From assembly GCA_035449045.1 (NCBI GenBank), contig DAOTKC010000003.1:15343-79342 (forward strand): a stretch of DNA of 64,000 bases. The letters run 5' to 3'. Both the position numbers and the translations under genes were made by a program. Shown one piece after another: positions 12,424-21,417 of this stretch. The stretch is from Eubacteriales bacterium (GTDB lineage: Bacteria; Bacillota; Clostridia; Christensenellales; CAG-917). How positions within the stretch are numbered: position 1 is the first letter of the stretch; the number at the start of each line of letters is the position of its first letter. Under the pieces are notes generated by a model that worked only from the letters and a program-made list of their open reading frames with translations, was not told the origin of the DNA and made no database searches.

Positions 12424-15045
12424 TTATTTTCTGGGCGACTTTATGTTCGCCTGAGCCGCAGCCAGCCTTGCGATGGGGACTCTGAAGGGCGAGCATGAAA
12501 CGTAGGTCAATCCCGTGTTGTGGCAGAACTCGATGCTGGAGGGGTCGCCGCCGTGTTCGCCGCAGATGCCCAGCTTGATGTCGGAGCGGGTGGCTTTGCC
12601 GAGCTCGGCCGCCATTTTAACGAGTTTGCCGACGCCGATTTGGTCTAAGCGGGCGAAGGGGTCGCTCTCAAAGATTTTATTGGCGTAGTAGGCATCTAAG
12701 AATTTGCCGCTGTCGTCGCGCGAGAAACCGTAGGTCATCTGGGTGAGGTCGTTGGTGCCGAAAGAGAAGAACTCGGCTTCCTTGGCGATGTCGTCGGCCG
12801 TCAGCGCCGCTCTCGGAATCTCAATCATCGTTCCCACTTTGTATTCGACGGAAACACCCTTTTCTCTCATGACGGCTTGGGCGGTGGACACCACTATATC
12901 CTTGACGAACTTAAACTCTTTGAGTTCGCCGACGAGAGGAATCATGATTTCGGGAACAACGTCGAGCCCCTCGGCCTTGACGGCTATCGCAGCCTCGATG
13001 ATGGCGCGCGTCTGCATCGCCGCTATTTCGGGATAGGTGACGGTCAAACGGCAACCGCGGTGCCCCATCATGGGATTGAACTCGTGGAGCCCGTCCACGG
13101 TCGCTTTGAGCTCCTTAAATGAAAGCCCCATATCCTTGGCGAGCGCGGCGATTTCGTCGTCGGTGTGCGGCACGAACTCGTGAAGCGGCGGGTCGAGGAA
13201 GCGGATTGTGACGGGATAGCCTTTCATCGCCTTGAACAAGCCGATGAAGTCCTCTCTCTGCATGGGCAACAGCTTGGCAAGCGCCTTTTCGCGCTCCTCC
13301 ACCGTCTTGGAAACTATCATCTCGCGAATGGCGGGAATGCGGTCGTCGGCAAAAAACATATGCTCGGTGCGGCAAAGGCCGATGCCCTCGGCGCCGAAGC
13401 GGTAGGCTACGCCGGCGTCCTGAGGAGTGTCGGCGTTTGTGCGGATTTTGAGGGCGCGGAATTTGTTGGCCCATTCCATGATGGTGCCGAAATCGCCCGA
13501 AAGCGAAGCCTCGACGGTGGGAATCTTCTCGGCATAGACTTTGCCGGTCGAGCCGTCGAGCGAAAGATAATCGTTGCTGCCGTAGGTCTTGCCCGCTATC
13601 GTCAGCTTCTTGGCGTGCTCGTCAATGGCGATGCCGGAGCAGCCCGCTACGCAGCAGGTGCCCATGCCGCGCGCTACGACGGCGGCGTGCGAGGTCATAC
13701 CGCCGCGGGCGGTCAATATGCCTTGGGCGGCATACATACCTTCAATGTCCTCGGGCGAGGTTTCGAGGCGGACCAAAACCACTTTTTCGGTCTTGGCGCG
13801 ATCGCGCGCTTCTTCGGCGGTGAAGCAAATCTTGCCGCAGGCGGCTCCCGGCGAAGCGGGCAGGCCGACGGCGACTTCCTTGGCGTTTTTAATGATTTTG
13901 CTGTCAAACTGGGGATGCAGCAACGCATCGAGCTGTTTGGGGTCAATCATTAAAACGGCCTGTTTTTCGTCAATCATGCCCTCTTTGACGAGGTCGACGG
14001 CAACCTTGATGGCTGCGGCGGCGGTGCGCTTGCCGTTTCTGGTCTGAAGCATATAGAGCCTCCCTCTCTCGATGGTGAACTCCATATCCTGCATATCTTT
14101 ATAGTGGTTTTCGAGAGTGTCGGCGATTTTAACGAACTGTTGATAAACCTCGGGGTTTTGAACTTTCAAATCCTCGATGTGGGACGGCGTGCGGATGCCC
14201 GCCACGACGTCCTCGCCCTGCGCGTTCATGAGGTATTCGCCGTAAAGCTTCTTTTCGCCCGTCGAGGGGTTTCTGGTGAAGGCGACGCCGGTGCCCGAAG
14301 TCATTCCCATATTGCCGAACACCATCGACTGGACGTTAACTGCGGTGCCCCAGTCGCCGGGGATGTCGTTCATGCGGCGGTAGACGATGGCGCGGGGGTT
14401 GTTCCAGCTTCTGAACACCGCTTTAATGGCGCCGATAAGCTGCTCTTTGGGGTCTTGGGGAAAATCCGTCCCCTTTTCTTTTTTATAGAAAGCCTTGAAT
14501 TCCTTGATGAGTTCCTTAAGATTGTCGGCGGAGAACTCGATGTCGTCTTTTATGCCCAGAGCATGCTTATGGCGGTCGATGATTTTTTCAAACTCGCTCT
14601 TGCCGACGCCGGTGACGACGTCGCTATACATTTGAATAAAGCGGCGGTAGCAGTCGTAGGCGAAACGCGGGTTTTCGGTTAGCGCGGCAAGCCCTTCGAC
14701 CGATATATCGTTTAAGCCGAGGTTCAAAATGGTGTCCATCATACCGGGCATGGAAGCGCGGGCGCCCGAACGCACCGATACCAAGAACGGGTTTTTGGCG
14801 TCGCCGAATTTTTTACCGGCGTCTTCCTCCACCTTTTTAAGGGCGGCGAACACCTGCTCGATTATTTCCGGCGCAATCGTCTCGCCGTCGGCGTAATATT
14901 TGGTGCATGCTTCGGTGGTAATGGTGAAGCCTTGCGGAACGGGCATTCCCAAACGGGTCATTTCGGCGAGATTTGCGCCCTTGCCCCCGAATAAGTCCTT
15001 GCGTTTGCCGTCGGCCTCGCTGAAGAGATAAACGTATTTTTTCAT
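12424..15045 (-). CDS. ppdK: pyruvate, phosphate dikinase
   Basis: 873 aa. Phosphohistidine motif GGMTSHAAVVARGMG and a PEP-utilising C-terminal domain. The ATG at 15045 follows GGAGG; the track begins one TTG codon earlier. Confidence 0.96.
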   Translation of the reverse strand: MKKYVYLFSEADGKRKDLFGGKGANLAEMTRLGMPVPQGFTITTEACTKYYADGETIAPEIIEQVFAALKKVEEDAGKKFGDAKNPFLVSVRSGARASMPGMMDTILNLGLNDISVEGLAALTENPRFAYDCYRRFIQMYSDVVTGVGKSEFEKIIDRHKHALGIKDDIEFSADNLKELIKEFKAFYKKEKGTDFPQDPKEQLIGAIKAVFRSWNNPRAIVYRRMNDIPGDWGTAVNVQSMVFGNMGMTSGTGVAFTRNPSTGEKKLYGEYLMNAQGEDVVAGIRTPSHIEDLKVQNPEVYQQFVKIADTLENHYKDMQDMEFTIERGRLYMLQTRNGKRTAAAAIKVAVDLVKEGMIDEKQAVLMIDPKQLDALLHPQFDSKIIKNAKEVAVGLPASPGAACGKICFTAEEARDRAKTEKVVLVRLETSPEDIEGMYAAQGILTARGGMTSHAAVVARGMGTCCVAGCSGIAIDEHAKKLTIAGKTYGSNDYLSLDGSTGKVYAEKIPTVEASLSGDFGTIMEWANKFRALKIRTNADTPQDAGVAYRFGAEGIGLCRTEHMFFADDRIPAIREMIVSKTVEEREKALAKLLPMQREDFIGLFKAMKGYPVTIRFLDPPLHEFVPHTDDEIAALAKDMGLSFKELKATVDGLHEFNPMMGHRGCRLTVTYPEIAAMQTRAIIEAAIAVKAEGLDVVPEIMIPLVGELKEFKFVKDIVVSTAQAVMREKGVSVEYKVGTMIEIPRAALTADDIAKEAEFFSFGTNDLTQMTYGFSRDDSGKFLDAYYANKIFESDPFARLDQIGVGKLVKMAAELGKATRSDIKLGICGEHGGDPSSIEFCHNTGLTYVSCSPFRVPIARLAAAQANIKSPRK

Positions 15046-15097
15046 CAAAAAAAATCCTCCGGAAATAATATAATTCTTTACTATATAAATCTTAGTT

Positions 15098-15126
15098 ATT
15101 CTACACTAATTACCATTTTTTAGCAA
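15098..15126 (-). promoter_or_regulatory. sigma-A type promoter for ppdK
   Basis: Minus strand reads TTGCTA, a 17-nt spacer, then TAGAAT, about 50 nt upstream of the ppdK ATG. Confidence 0.45.
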
Positions 15127-15148
15127 GCGAATTAAATTTCTTGTCGCT

Positions 15149-15173
15149 AAAAAAACGCGTCCCATCGGGACGC
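15149..15173 (-). terminator. intrinsic terminator downstream of corA
   Basis: Minus strand reads GCGTCCC-gat-GGGACGC followed by GTTTTTTT. Confidence 0.75.
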
Positions 15174-15256
15174 AAAGCATAAATTTTTATAAAACTTATC
15201 GGGTAATTTCGAATTATCATAACTTTAATAAGTTAAGAATTAGTATTAGCTAAAAA

Positions 15257-16213
15257 CTATTTCAACATCTTTTTCTTGAAAAGAATGAGACCGGTCACTA
15301 TGCAGCTCACCACCGAAATGCCTATGACAATCCAAAATCCCCAGATTTTGCCTTCCCAAGGCACCTTGGTGTTCATGCCCCAAAACGCCGCTATCATGGA
15401 AGGCACGGCTATCAGAATGGTGAGCGCGGCGAGCAGCTTCATCACTATGTTGAGGTTGTTGGAGATAAGGGAGGCGAAAGCATCCATCGTGCCCGTCAAG
15501 ATGTCGCGGAAAATGTTACACATTTCGAGCGCCTGCCTGTTCTCGATGGAAACGTCCTCCCAAAGGTCCTCGTCTTCTTCGTAGAAATTGTTTTTTTCAA
15601 TGCGCTGCAGCTTATCCAAAACGACTTGGTTGGTTCTTAACGCCGTGGAAAAATAAACCAGCGAATTTTCGAGGTCGAGAAGCTGAATGAGCTCTTTATT
15701 TTTCATCGACTTGTGCAACTCGGATTGGATGCGCTGTGACGCCTTGTCAATCTGCTTTAAGTATTGCAAAAATTTGACGGCGGTCTTATAGAGAATTTGG
15801 AGTAGAAATCGCGTCGGCTTTTTTATCGAAAAATCTTTGACGCGGCCGTTGACAAAATCGGTGGTCAGCGTCGTTTCGTTCAAACAGACGGTTATGACGG
15901 CGCCGCCGCCCCTGATATATGCGAAAGGAAGGGTGGAATATGTATAATATTCTTCCTCGTCCTCGATGACGGGAATATTGAAAAGCACCATGCTGGCGCA
16001 GTCGTCCATCTCGATACGCGAAGTTTCTTCCTCGTCGAGAGCGGATTTAATCAAATCCTCGGCCACTCCCGTCTTTTTGCAGACGAGCTCAATTTCCTTG
16101 TCGTCGGGATTGACCATGTTTACCCAACAGCCAAAAAAAGACTGTCCGTTCAAAACGGATTCGGGCGGCAGCGCGTTGAGAGCGCCGTTTATGTTTTCAT
16201 AAACCTGAATCAT
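15257..16213 (-). CDS. corA: CorA-family magnesium/cobalt transporter
   Basis: GMN signature (FWGMNTKVP) between two C-terminal TM helices. AGGAGG RBS. Confidence 0.92.
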   Translation of the reverse strand: MIQVYENINGALNALPPESVLNGQSFFGCWVNMVNPDDKEIELVCKKTGVAEDLIKSALDEEETSRIEMDDCASMVLFNIPVIEDEEEYYTYSTLPFAYIRGGGAVITVCLNETTLTTDFVNGRVKDFSIKKPTRFLLQILYKTAVKFLQYLKQIDKASQRIQSELHKSMKNKELIQLLDLENSLVYFSTALRTNQVVLDKLQRIEKNNFYEEDEDLWEDVSIENRQALEMCNIFRDILTGTMDAFASLISNNLNIVMKLLAALTILIAVPSMIAAFWGMNTKVPWEGKIWGFWIVIGISVVSCIVTGLILFKKKMLK

Positions 16214-16226
16214 TAGGCCACCTCCT

Positions 16227-16255
16227 AAAAAAAACAGTATGGCTCGCCGCCATAC
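16227..16255 (-). terminator. intrinsic terminator inside the corA 5' leader (attenuator)
   Basis: Minus strand reads GTATGGC-ggcga-GCCATAC-TGTTTTTTTT. It ends about 5 nt before the AGGAGG RBS of corA. Confidence 0.65.
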
Positions 16256-16335
16256 CCGTCGGAGGCGGGAGGCGGTCAGCAGTTTAAGATATGCATCTTA
16301 GATAAAGGGTCTGCGTCCATATTTTCCTCACTTAC

Positions 16336-16364
16336 ATAATAGCATTTTGAGGGCGCCTTTGCAA
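16336..16364 (-). promoter_or_regulatory. sigma-A type promoter for the corA leader
   Basis: Minus strand reads TTGCAA, a 17-nt spacer, then TATTAT. This predicts a leader of about 115 nt. Confidence 0.5.
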
Positions 16365-16414
16365 CCGAATTGAGGCAAAAACGAGGCTTTTTGAAAATTA
16401 AATTATTAAATTAC

Positions 16415-16438
16415 GAAAGCGCGGCAAGCCGCGCTTTC
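16415..16438 (-). terminator. stem-loop downstream of the acidic membrane protein gene
   Basis: GAAAGCGCG-gcaagc-CGCGCTTTC, followed on the minus strand by a U-rich but interrupted tail. Confidence 0.5.
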
Positions 16439-16468
16439 TACCATTCTATGAATTTTAAGTAACGGTTA

Positions 16469-17863
16469 TTATTTTTTTGTTAAGACGTAAACCATCGTCT
16501 TCAAGCCGTCCTTTAAGATTTCCTTATCCCTCGGGTCGGTTGCTGCGGCATAGGCGCCAATCAGCACCTTGGTGATGGCTACATAAGTGCTTCGCTTGCA
16601 GTTGGATGCCCGAATTATCGGGAAAAACGCCTTGAGCTTAATGTATTTTGGCGGTTTTTCCTCGGCTGGAGCGACTGCCTCGGCTGGTTTTTCCGCCTTA
16701 GGCTCGCTCTTTACGGGCGTTACGGGTTCTTCTTTAGGGGCCGGTGGCGCTATGTCCGCCGGCTTGGATGTTTCCGCATCCGCCTCTAAGTCTTTTTCGA
16801 CTTTTTTGTCTTGCGTATCGCTCGCCGTGTCGATAGTGGTCTTGGAAGCCGCTTCATTATTTTCAGCGGAAACAACTGCCGAGGCTTCGGTTTCAGCGTT
16901 GTCCGCTATTTGAAAAAAATCGTTACCGTCAGGCTCGTCCATAACTATGGGGCCTTCGCCGGCATCTTCAAACTCGTCGTCGTAGACACCCTCCATCGGC
17001 TCCTCGACGGCGGGAGCTCTCTCCACCTCGGGGAACTCGTCGATTTCTTCCGCCTCTTCTTCGGAGGCTTCTTCTGCCTGTTCGGCCTCTTCTTCGGCCG
17101 TATCCTCGGCTTCAACCGCCGCTTCTTCGGCTTCTTCCTCCTCGCCCGGGTCTATTTCGGGATAGGCGGCGACGCACTCTGCGACGACCTCGTCGATGGC
17201 GTCGGCAACCTTGTCCAGGAAGCTTTCGGCAGGCTCTACCGTCTTAAAGTTTTGGAGCAGAACCTTGGCGTCCAAGGCGTCCTGCGCGGCATGGAAAGCC
17301 TTGAGCGATGCGTTAGTGTTCAATCTTCCGATTAAAATAAGGACGAAGCTCAAAATCGCGCCCGCAATAATTAAGTATAGCGCGTTTTCAAGCACCGTCG
17401 CGATATCGCTCACCGCCATGCCGAATATGAAGAACAGGCTGGTGAAAACGATGGTCAGCGCGTTGAAGAGGCTGACGCCGAACTCGCGGCAATATTCGAC
17501 GCGGGGTTTGACGTAGCAGACTTCCTCGTTTACGCAGTCGCTGGGAAACCCGAAGCGGATTTCGGAAAAAGCGGCCCATGCGCCTTTGAGCGATTTGGGG
17601 GCTTTTTCTATGCATTTTTTTTCAAAATCCTCGACGTTATCTGCGGTAATAAAATCGCCGCCCAAACCGTTTGTATATTTAACGATTTTCTTTGAGGCGG
17701 CTTTTAATCTGAAAGCTTTGTTTGCGAGGGTAAGCAGCGCGATAACCAAAAATGCGGCAACCAGCGCGATAATTATTGCGATAAACCAGCCGCCGACGCT
17801 GAAACTCGGAATTTTGTCGGTCAAAGCGGTCAGCTTATCGTAGATTTGATTCAAAAAATCCAT
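16469..17863 (-). CDS. membrane protein with a ~170-aa acidic low-complexity linker and a small C-terminal domain; function unknown
   Basis: N-terminal TM helices followed by a Glu/Ala/Pro-rich tract (EEEEAEEAAVEAEDTAEEEAEQAEEASEEEAEE...). The track start at 17893 is a TTG lying under the predicted promoter, so I trimmed to the ATG at 17863 with a GAGGAG RBS. Confidence 0.7.
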   Translation of the reverse strand: MDFLNQIYDKLTALTDKIPSFSVGGWFIAIIIALVAAFLVIALLTLANKAFRLKAASKKIVKYTNGLGGDFITADNVEDFEKKCIEKAPKSLKGAWAAFSEIRFGFPSDCVNEEVCYVKPRVEYCREFGVSLFNALTIVFTSLFFIFGMAVSDIATVLENALYLIIAGAILSFVLILIGRLNTNASLKAFHAAQDALDAKVLLQNFKTVEPAESFLDKVADAIDEVVAECVAAYPEIDPGEEEEAEEAAVEAEDTAEEEAEQAEEASEEEAEEIDEFPEVERAPAVEEPMEGVYDDEFEDAGEGPIVMDEPDGNDFFQIADNAETEASAVVSAENNEAASKTTIDTASDTQDKKVEKDLEADAETSKPADIAPPAPKEEPVTPVKSEPKAEKPAEAVAPAEEKPPKYIKLKAFFPIIRASNCKRSTYVAITKVLIGAYAAATDPRDKEILKDGLKTMVYVLTKK

Positions 17864-17897
17864 AGAAAAAAATCTCCTCGTAAATTTATACAACAGT

Positions 17898-17925
17898 ATT
17901 ATATCACAACAAGTTAAAAAAGCAA
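17898..17925 (-). promoter_or_regulatory. extended -10 sigma-A promoter for 16469-17863
   Basis: Minus strand reads TTGCTT, a 16-nt spacer ending in TG-A, then TATAAT. Confidence 0.5.
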
Positions 17926-18000
17926 TACTTTGATGGTTTATTTTTTGACGGAATATTTTATTATAAGCGCGGGGGCAAATAAAAATGCCGTTGCTGCGGT

Positions 18001-21000
18001 TTAAATAAAAACCGTTTTGCCGTCTTTCAATGAAAACAGCGCCAATTCGTCGATATTTGCATTAATCGCGGCTTTAACTGCCGTTTTGTATAGATAAAGC
18101 TGCTGTTTGTAACTATTTATTAATTCATCAATACTTTTCAGAGATGCCTTGTAATCGACTATTATATTTCTTTCGCCCAAAATCAAAAGGTCGATGACGC
18201 CCTGAACCAAAACCTTATCGGCCGAGTCGGTGGCGAGTATTTTACTTGCCGGAACATACATCATAAACGGTTTTTCGCGGTAGCATTTGCTAAACTTTGC
18301 AAGTTTAATCAAATCGCTTCTTAGGCATCTCAAAATATCGGAAGGCCTGACGAGCGCCGCCGCCTCCGCCGTAAGCACGCCTTCTAATACAAGCTTTTCG
18401 ATAAAGCTTGCTATCTCCTCTTCCGAATCAAGCTCAAAAGGTATCTTCTCCATAACGGCATGGTAGGCCGTGCCCTCCGCCCTGCCGTCGGCGCGCGGCG
18501 CCTCTGCCGAAAGCGCAATCAGCTTTTCCGCTTCGCTTTCAACATCTCCGTTTATGCTCTCTTTAACCGCCTCTCTCGCCTTTTCGTTGAGTTCGGTGAC
18601 GGTGAATTTAGAGGCGAGCGTCGTAGAACTTATATAGGGATATTTAAACTCGAAAACCTCTTTGAATTTTTTGGCATAGGGCGACTCTTCCCCTCTTTCG
18701 GTCAAGTCTAAAACAAGCGGCGCGGAGGTTATAAGGGCGGGCGAAAGAGTTGCGGCGTCGTGGACGGTGACTATGCTTTCAATCTTTGGCATGGAGGGAA
18801 GCAAAAAGTCGTTAAAGCACTTAAATTCGGTTAGGCGACCGGCCGGCTTTTCGGAATATTTGCCCAAAAGGAAGAGCTTACTTTTTGCCCGCGTCATGGC
18901 GACGTAGAAAAGGCGCATTTCTTCTCTGACGGCGCGCTTGTTAGCCAGAGTTTTCGCGGCATCCAAAAACAGGCTGTCGCGCATGATTTTTCGGTCTTTG
19001 TCAAAATATTTGATGCCGAAAATCTCGCCCGCGCCGATGAGGCTGCCGTCTTCAATCAAAAATTTTTCGGAGCCGGTATTAAATTTAATGTTTTCGTTTA
19101 TCTCCGGCACAAAGACGACCTCGTATTCAAGCCCTTTGCTTTTGTGAATGGTGGTGGCCGTAACGGTGTTGCCGCCGCCGCCACGCTCGCGGTTCTGCTT
19201 TTTTTCGTCTTCCTTTATCTTGTCGTAGGCTTCCAAAAAAGCGTGGGGCGAGGCGGCGTCGGAGTCCTCGGCAGCCTTTAAAAAGCGGTGCACCGTCTTC
19301 AAGGCGGCTACGCCCGCCGGCCGCGCCAGCACTGCGGCCTCGTAGCCGCAGTCGGAAATGACTCCCGAAATAAAGTCGTGGACATTTTTATAGCCGCTTT
19401 TGAAGCGGACGTTTTCAAAACGCGATAACGCGGCGGAAAGCTTTTCGTCACAACAGGAATATTTTTTCAAACAGTCGTAAAGGCAACCGCGCTCCTCCCC
19501 TCTCTCAAGCTCGAGCGTCCGCGCCCGCAAAATGTCGGCATCCGAAAGCCCGCCGAACGGCGAAAGCAGATACGCCCCCAAGGGGATATCCTGCCGCGGG
19601 TTGTCGACGGCGGCAAGCAGCGCAAGTAGCTCGCTTTCCTCGCGCGTTTCTTCCTCGGCCGAGGCTGCCTCTATGGGGACGCCGAGCTCGGCAAGGGTCT
19701 CTAATATCGTTTTAACGGGTGCGCTCAACGAGCGGTAAAGGACGGCGAAATCGCCGTAGTCGTAAAAGCCTCCGGCCGGCTTTTTCTTCCCTAGAATCGA
19801 CTTGATATTTTCGGCGATAAATATCCCCTGCGCCCTTGCCGCGCTTATCTCGTCGCCGTCTTCGGTTTCGGGATGAGAAAGCACGCTGTAAGGCTTTTCG
19901 ACGCCTTCTATAATCAGTTTGCCGCTTTTTTCCGAACGTTCGGGGATAAACAAATCGACCGAAACGCCGCCAAAGTCGACTTTTTCTTCGTTTTCGATAT
20001 AAAATCGTCCCCTCCGCTTATAGTCGATGAGGCAGCTTTTTTCGGTCATCGCGGCGTCGAAAACGTCGTTGACGAATTTCAAAATTTGGGGCGCGCTTCT
20101 GTAATTTTGGTTGAGTTCCCAGCCGTCGCCGATTCTGTCGTAATCGTTGAGCCGCCTTAAAAACAATTCGGGGGAAGCCTTGCGAAAACCGTAAATGCTC
20201 TGTTTGATGTCGCCCACAAAAAAGGTGTTTTCGCCGAGAAGCCGGCCGATTATGTATTCCTGAATGGGGTTGATGTCCTGATATTCGTCGATGAAGATAT
20301 ATTTAAACCGCTCTCTCAGTTCCGCTCCGAACATATCGACGAGCCTGACGCCGCCGCGCTCTAAGTCGTTAAAAGTGATTTTGCCGGCGTCCGCCTTGAT
20401 TTCTTGCAAAGTTTTTCTGTAAACTTTAGCCGCCTCTATAAGTTTTAAGGCGTATCGCGCCGAGCATTTCGCGCGGGCGAGCATATCTTCAAAGCTGCCG
20501 TAAAGTTCCTTCCAGCCTTGGTATTTGTCGTAAAAATCATTCGTAAACTTTCGAACATATATTTTTAAGCTCTCCTCAAGAAAGCATTTGCCTCCTTGAA
20601 AATTAGGTTTTTCAAAGTCAAATGTCAGAGCCTCGGCGAGGCCGTCAAAGCCCGCCGCCGCAGCAACCCTCTCCGCGGCTTGCACGGTATCGGAAACGGC
20701 AGAGTAATACTTGGGAGAGTCCTTTAAGCCGGCATAAGAAAGAACGTCTGCCGCCGCCTCGGCGCATGCCGCCGCGACGTCTTTTATGTCGGTTAAAACG
20801 ATTGTTCCCGCCGCGCCCTTTTCGATGGCGGCGAGATTTTGTTGAATTCTTTCAAAAAACTCCTCGGGGTCGGGGCGGACGTCGGCTTCGGCGGATAGCT
20901 CGAAAATTATCTTTTTTAAACCGTCCTCCTTGCGGCCGCCTATGACGTAGGCCAGCTCGGAAAACAGTTCGTCGCCCTTTTCGTAGAAAAAGTCGAAGGC

Positions 21001-21417
21001 AAGCCGCGCGGCGCGGTTCTCGAGGATGGATTTTTCGCCCGCCGACATAATTTGAAAATCGGGCGAAAGATTAAGCGGCTCGAAATATTCGCGCAGCATA
21101 TCGAGGCAAAACGCGTGAACGGTCTTGATTTCGGCAAGCATGATTTCGTCGAGCTGATTTAGCAAATACCCGCGCCTTGAGTCGTCCTTTTCGACTTTTG
21201 CGGCAAGATACAGGTTGACCGCCACCTTTTGGCGGATTTCAGCAGCGGCGGCATTGCCGAAGACAAGCACTAATATATTTTTCAAAGGAACGCCCGAGGC
21301 GACGGTGCGGACGATTTTTTCCACCATTGTCGTTGTCTTGCCAGTGCCCGCGGCTGCCGATACCAACAGCCTGCCGCGCTTTTCCACGGCGTAGCGTTGC
21401 CTCTCGTTAAGCTCCAT
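18001..21417 (-). CDS. addA: ATP-dependent helicase/nuclease subunit A (AddA)
   Basis: UvrD-type helicase motifs (AAAGTGKTT, DEYQD) and a C-terminal PD-(D/E)XK nuclease (GVIDLL...VDYK). ATG at 21417 after GGAGGGAAGGG; the track begins at an upstream TTG. Confidence 0.93.
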   Translation of the reverse strand: MELNERQRYAVEKRGRLLVSAAAGTGKTTTMVEKIVRTVASGVPLKNILVLVFGNAAAAEIRQKVAVNLYLAAKVEKDDSRRGYLLNQLDEIMLAEIKTVHAFCLDMLREYFEPLNLSPDFQIMSAGEKSILENRAARLAFDFFYEKGDELFSELAYVIGGRKEDGLKKIIFELSAEADVRPDPEEFFERIQQNLAAIEKGAAGTIVLTDIKDVAAACAEAAADVLSYAGLKDSPKYYSAVSDTVQAAERVAAAAGFDGLAEALTFDFEKPNFQGGKCFLEESLKIYVRKFTNDFYDKYQGWKELYGSFEDMLARAKCSARYALKLIEAAKVYRKTLQEIKADAGKITFNDLERGGVRLVDMFGAELRERFKYIFIDEYQDINPIQEYIIGRLLGENTFFVGDIKQSIYGFRKASPELFLRRLNDYDRIGDGWELNQNYRSAPQILKFVNDVFDAAMTEKSCLIDYKRRGRFYIENEEKVDFGGVSVDLFIPERSEKSGKLIIEGVEKPYSVLSHPETEDGDEISAARAQGIFIAENIKSILGKKKPAGGFYDYGDFAVLYRSLSAPVKTILETLAELGVPIEAASAEEETREESELLALLAAVDNPRQDIPLGAYLLSPFGGLSDADILRARTLELERGEERGCLYDCLKKYSCCDEKLSAALSRFENVRFKSGYKNVHDFISGVISDCGYEAAVLARPAGVAALKTVHRFLKAAEDSDAASPHAFLEAYDKIKEDEKKQNRERGGGGNTVTATTIHKSKGLEYEVVFVPEINENIKFNTGSEKFLIEDGSLIGAGEIFGIKYFDKDRKIMRDSLFLDAAKTLANKRAVREEMRLFYVAMTRAKSKLFLLGKYSEKPAGRLTEFKCFNDFLLPSMPKIESIVTVHDAATLSPALITSAPLVLDLTERGEESPYAKKFKEVFEFKYPYISSTTLASKFTVTELNEKAREAVKESINGDVESEAEKLIALSAEAPRADGRAEGTAYHAVMEKIPFELDSEEEIASFIEKLVLEGVLTAEAAALVRPSDILRCLRSDLIKLAKFSKCYREKPFMMYVPASKILATDSADKVLVQGVIDLLILGERNIIVDYKASLKSIDELINSYKQQLYLYKTAVKAAINANIDELALFSLKDGKTVFI

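Noticed and set aside
13165-13953. 262-aa plus-strand ORF, with further ORFs at 13589-14047 and 14104-14682, inside ppdK
   Set aside because: They are antisense to a full-length, motif-perfect pyruvate phosphate dikinase. They have no RBS and an Arg/Gly/Ala-rich composition typical of shadow ORFs in GC-rich coding DNA.
16214-16364. M-box (ykoK) magnesium riboswitch upstream of corA
   Set aside because: A GTGAGG and a CCATAC segment recalled the M-box. The predicted leader is only about 115 nt, against about 160 nt for the aptamer, and most conserved M-box blocks are absent. I report it as an unclassified attenuator instead.
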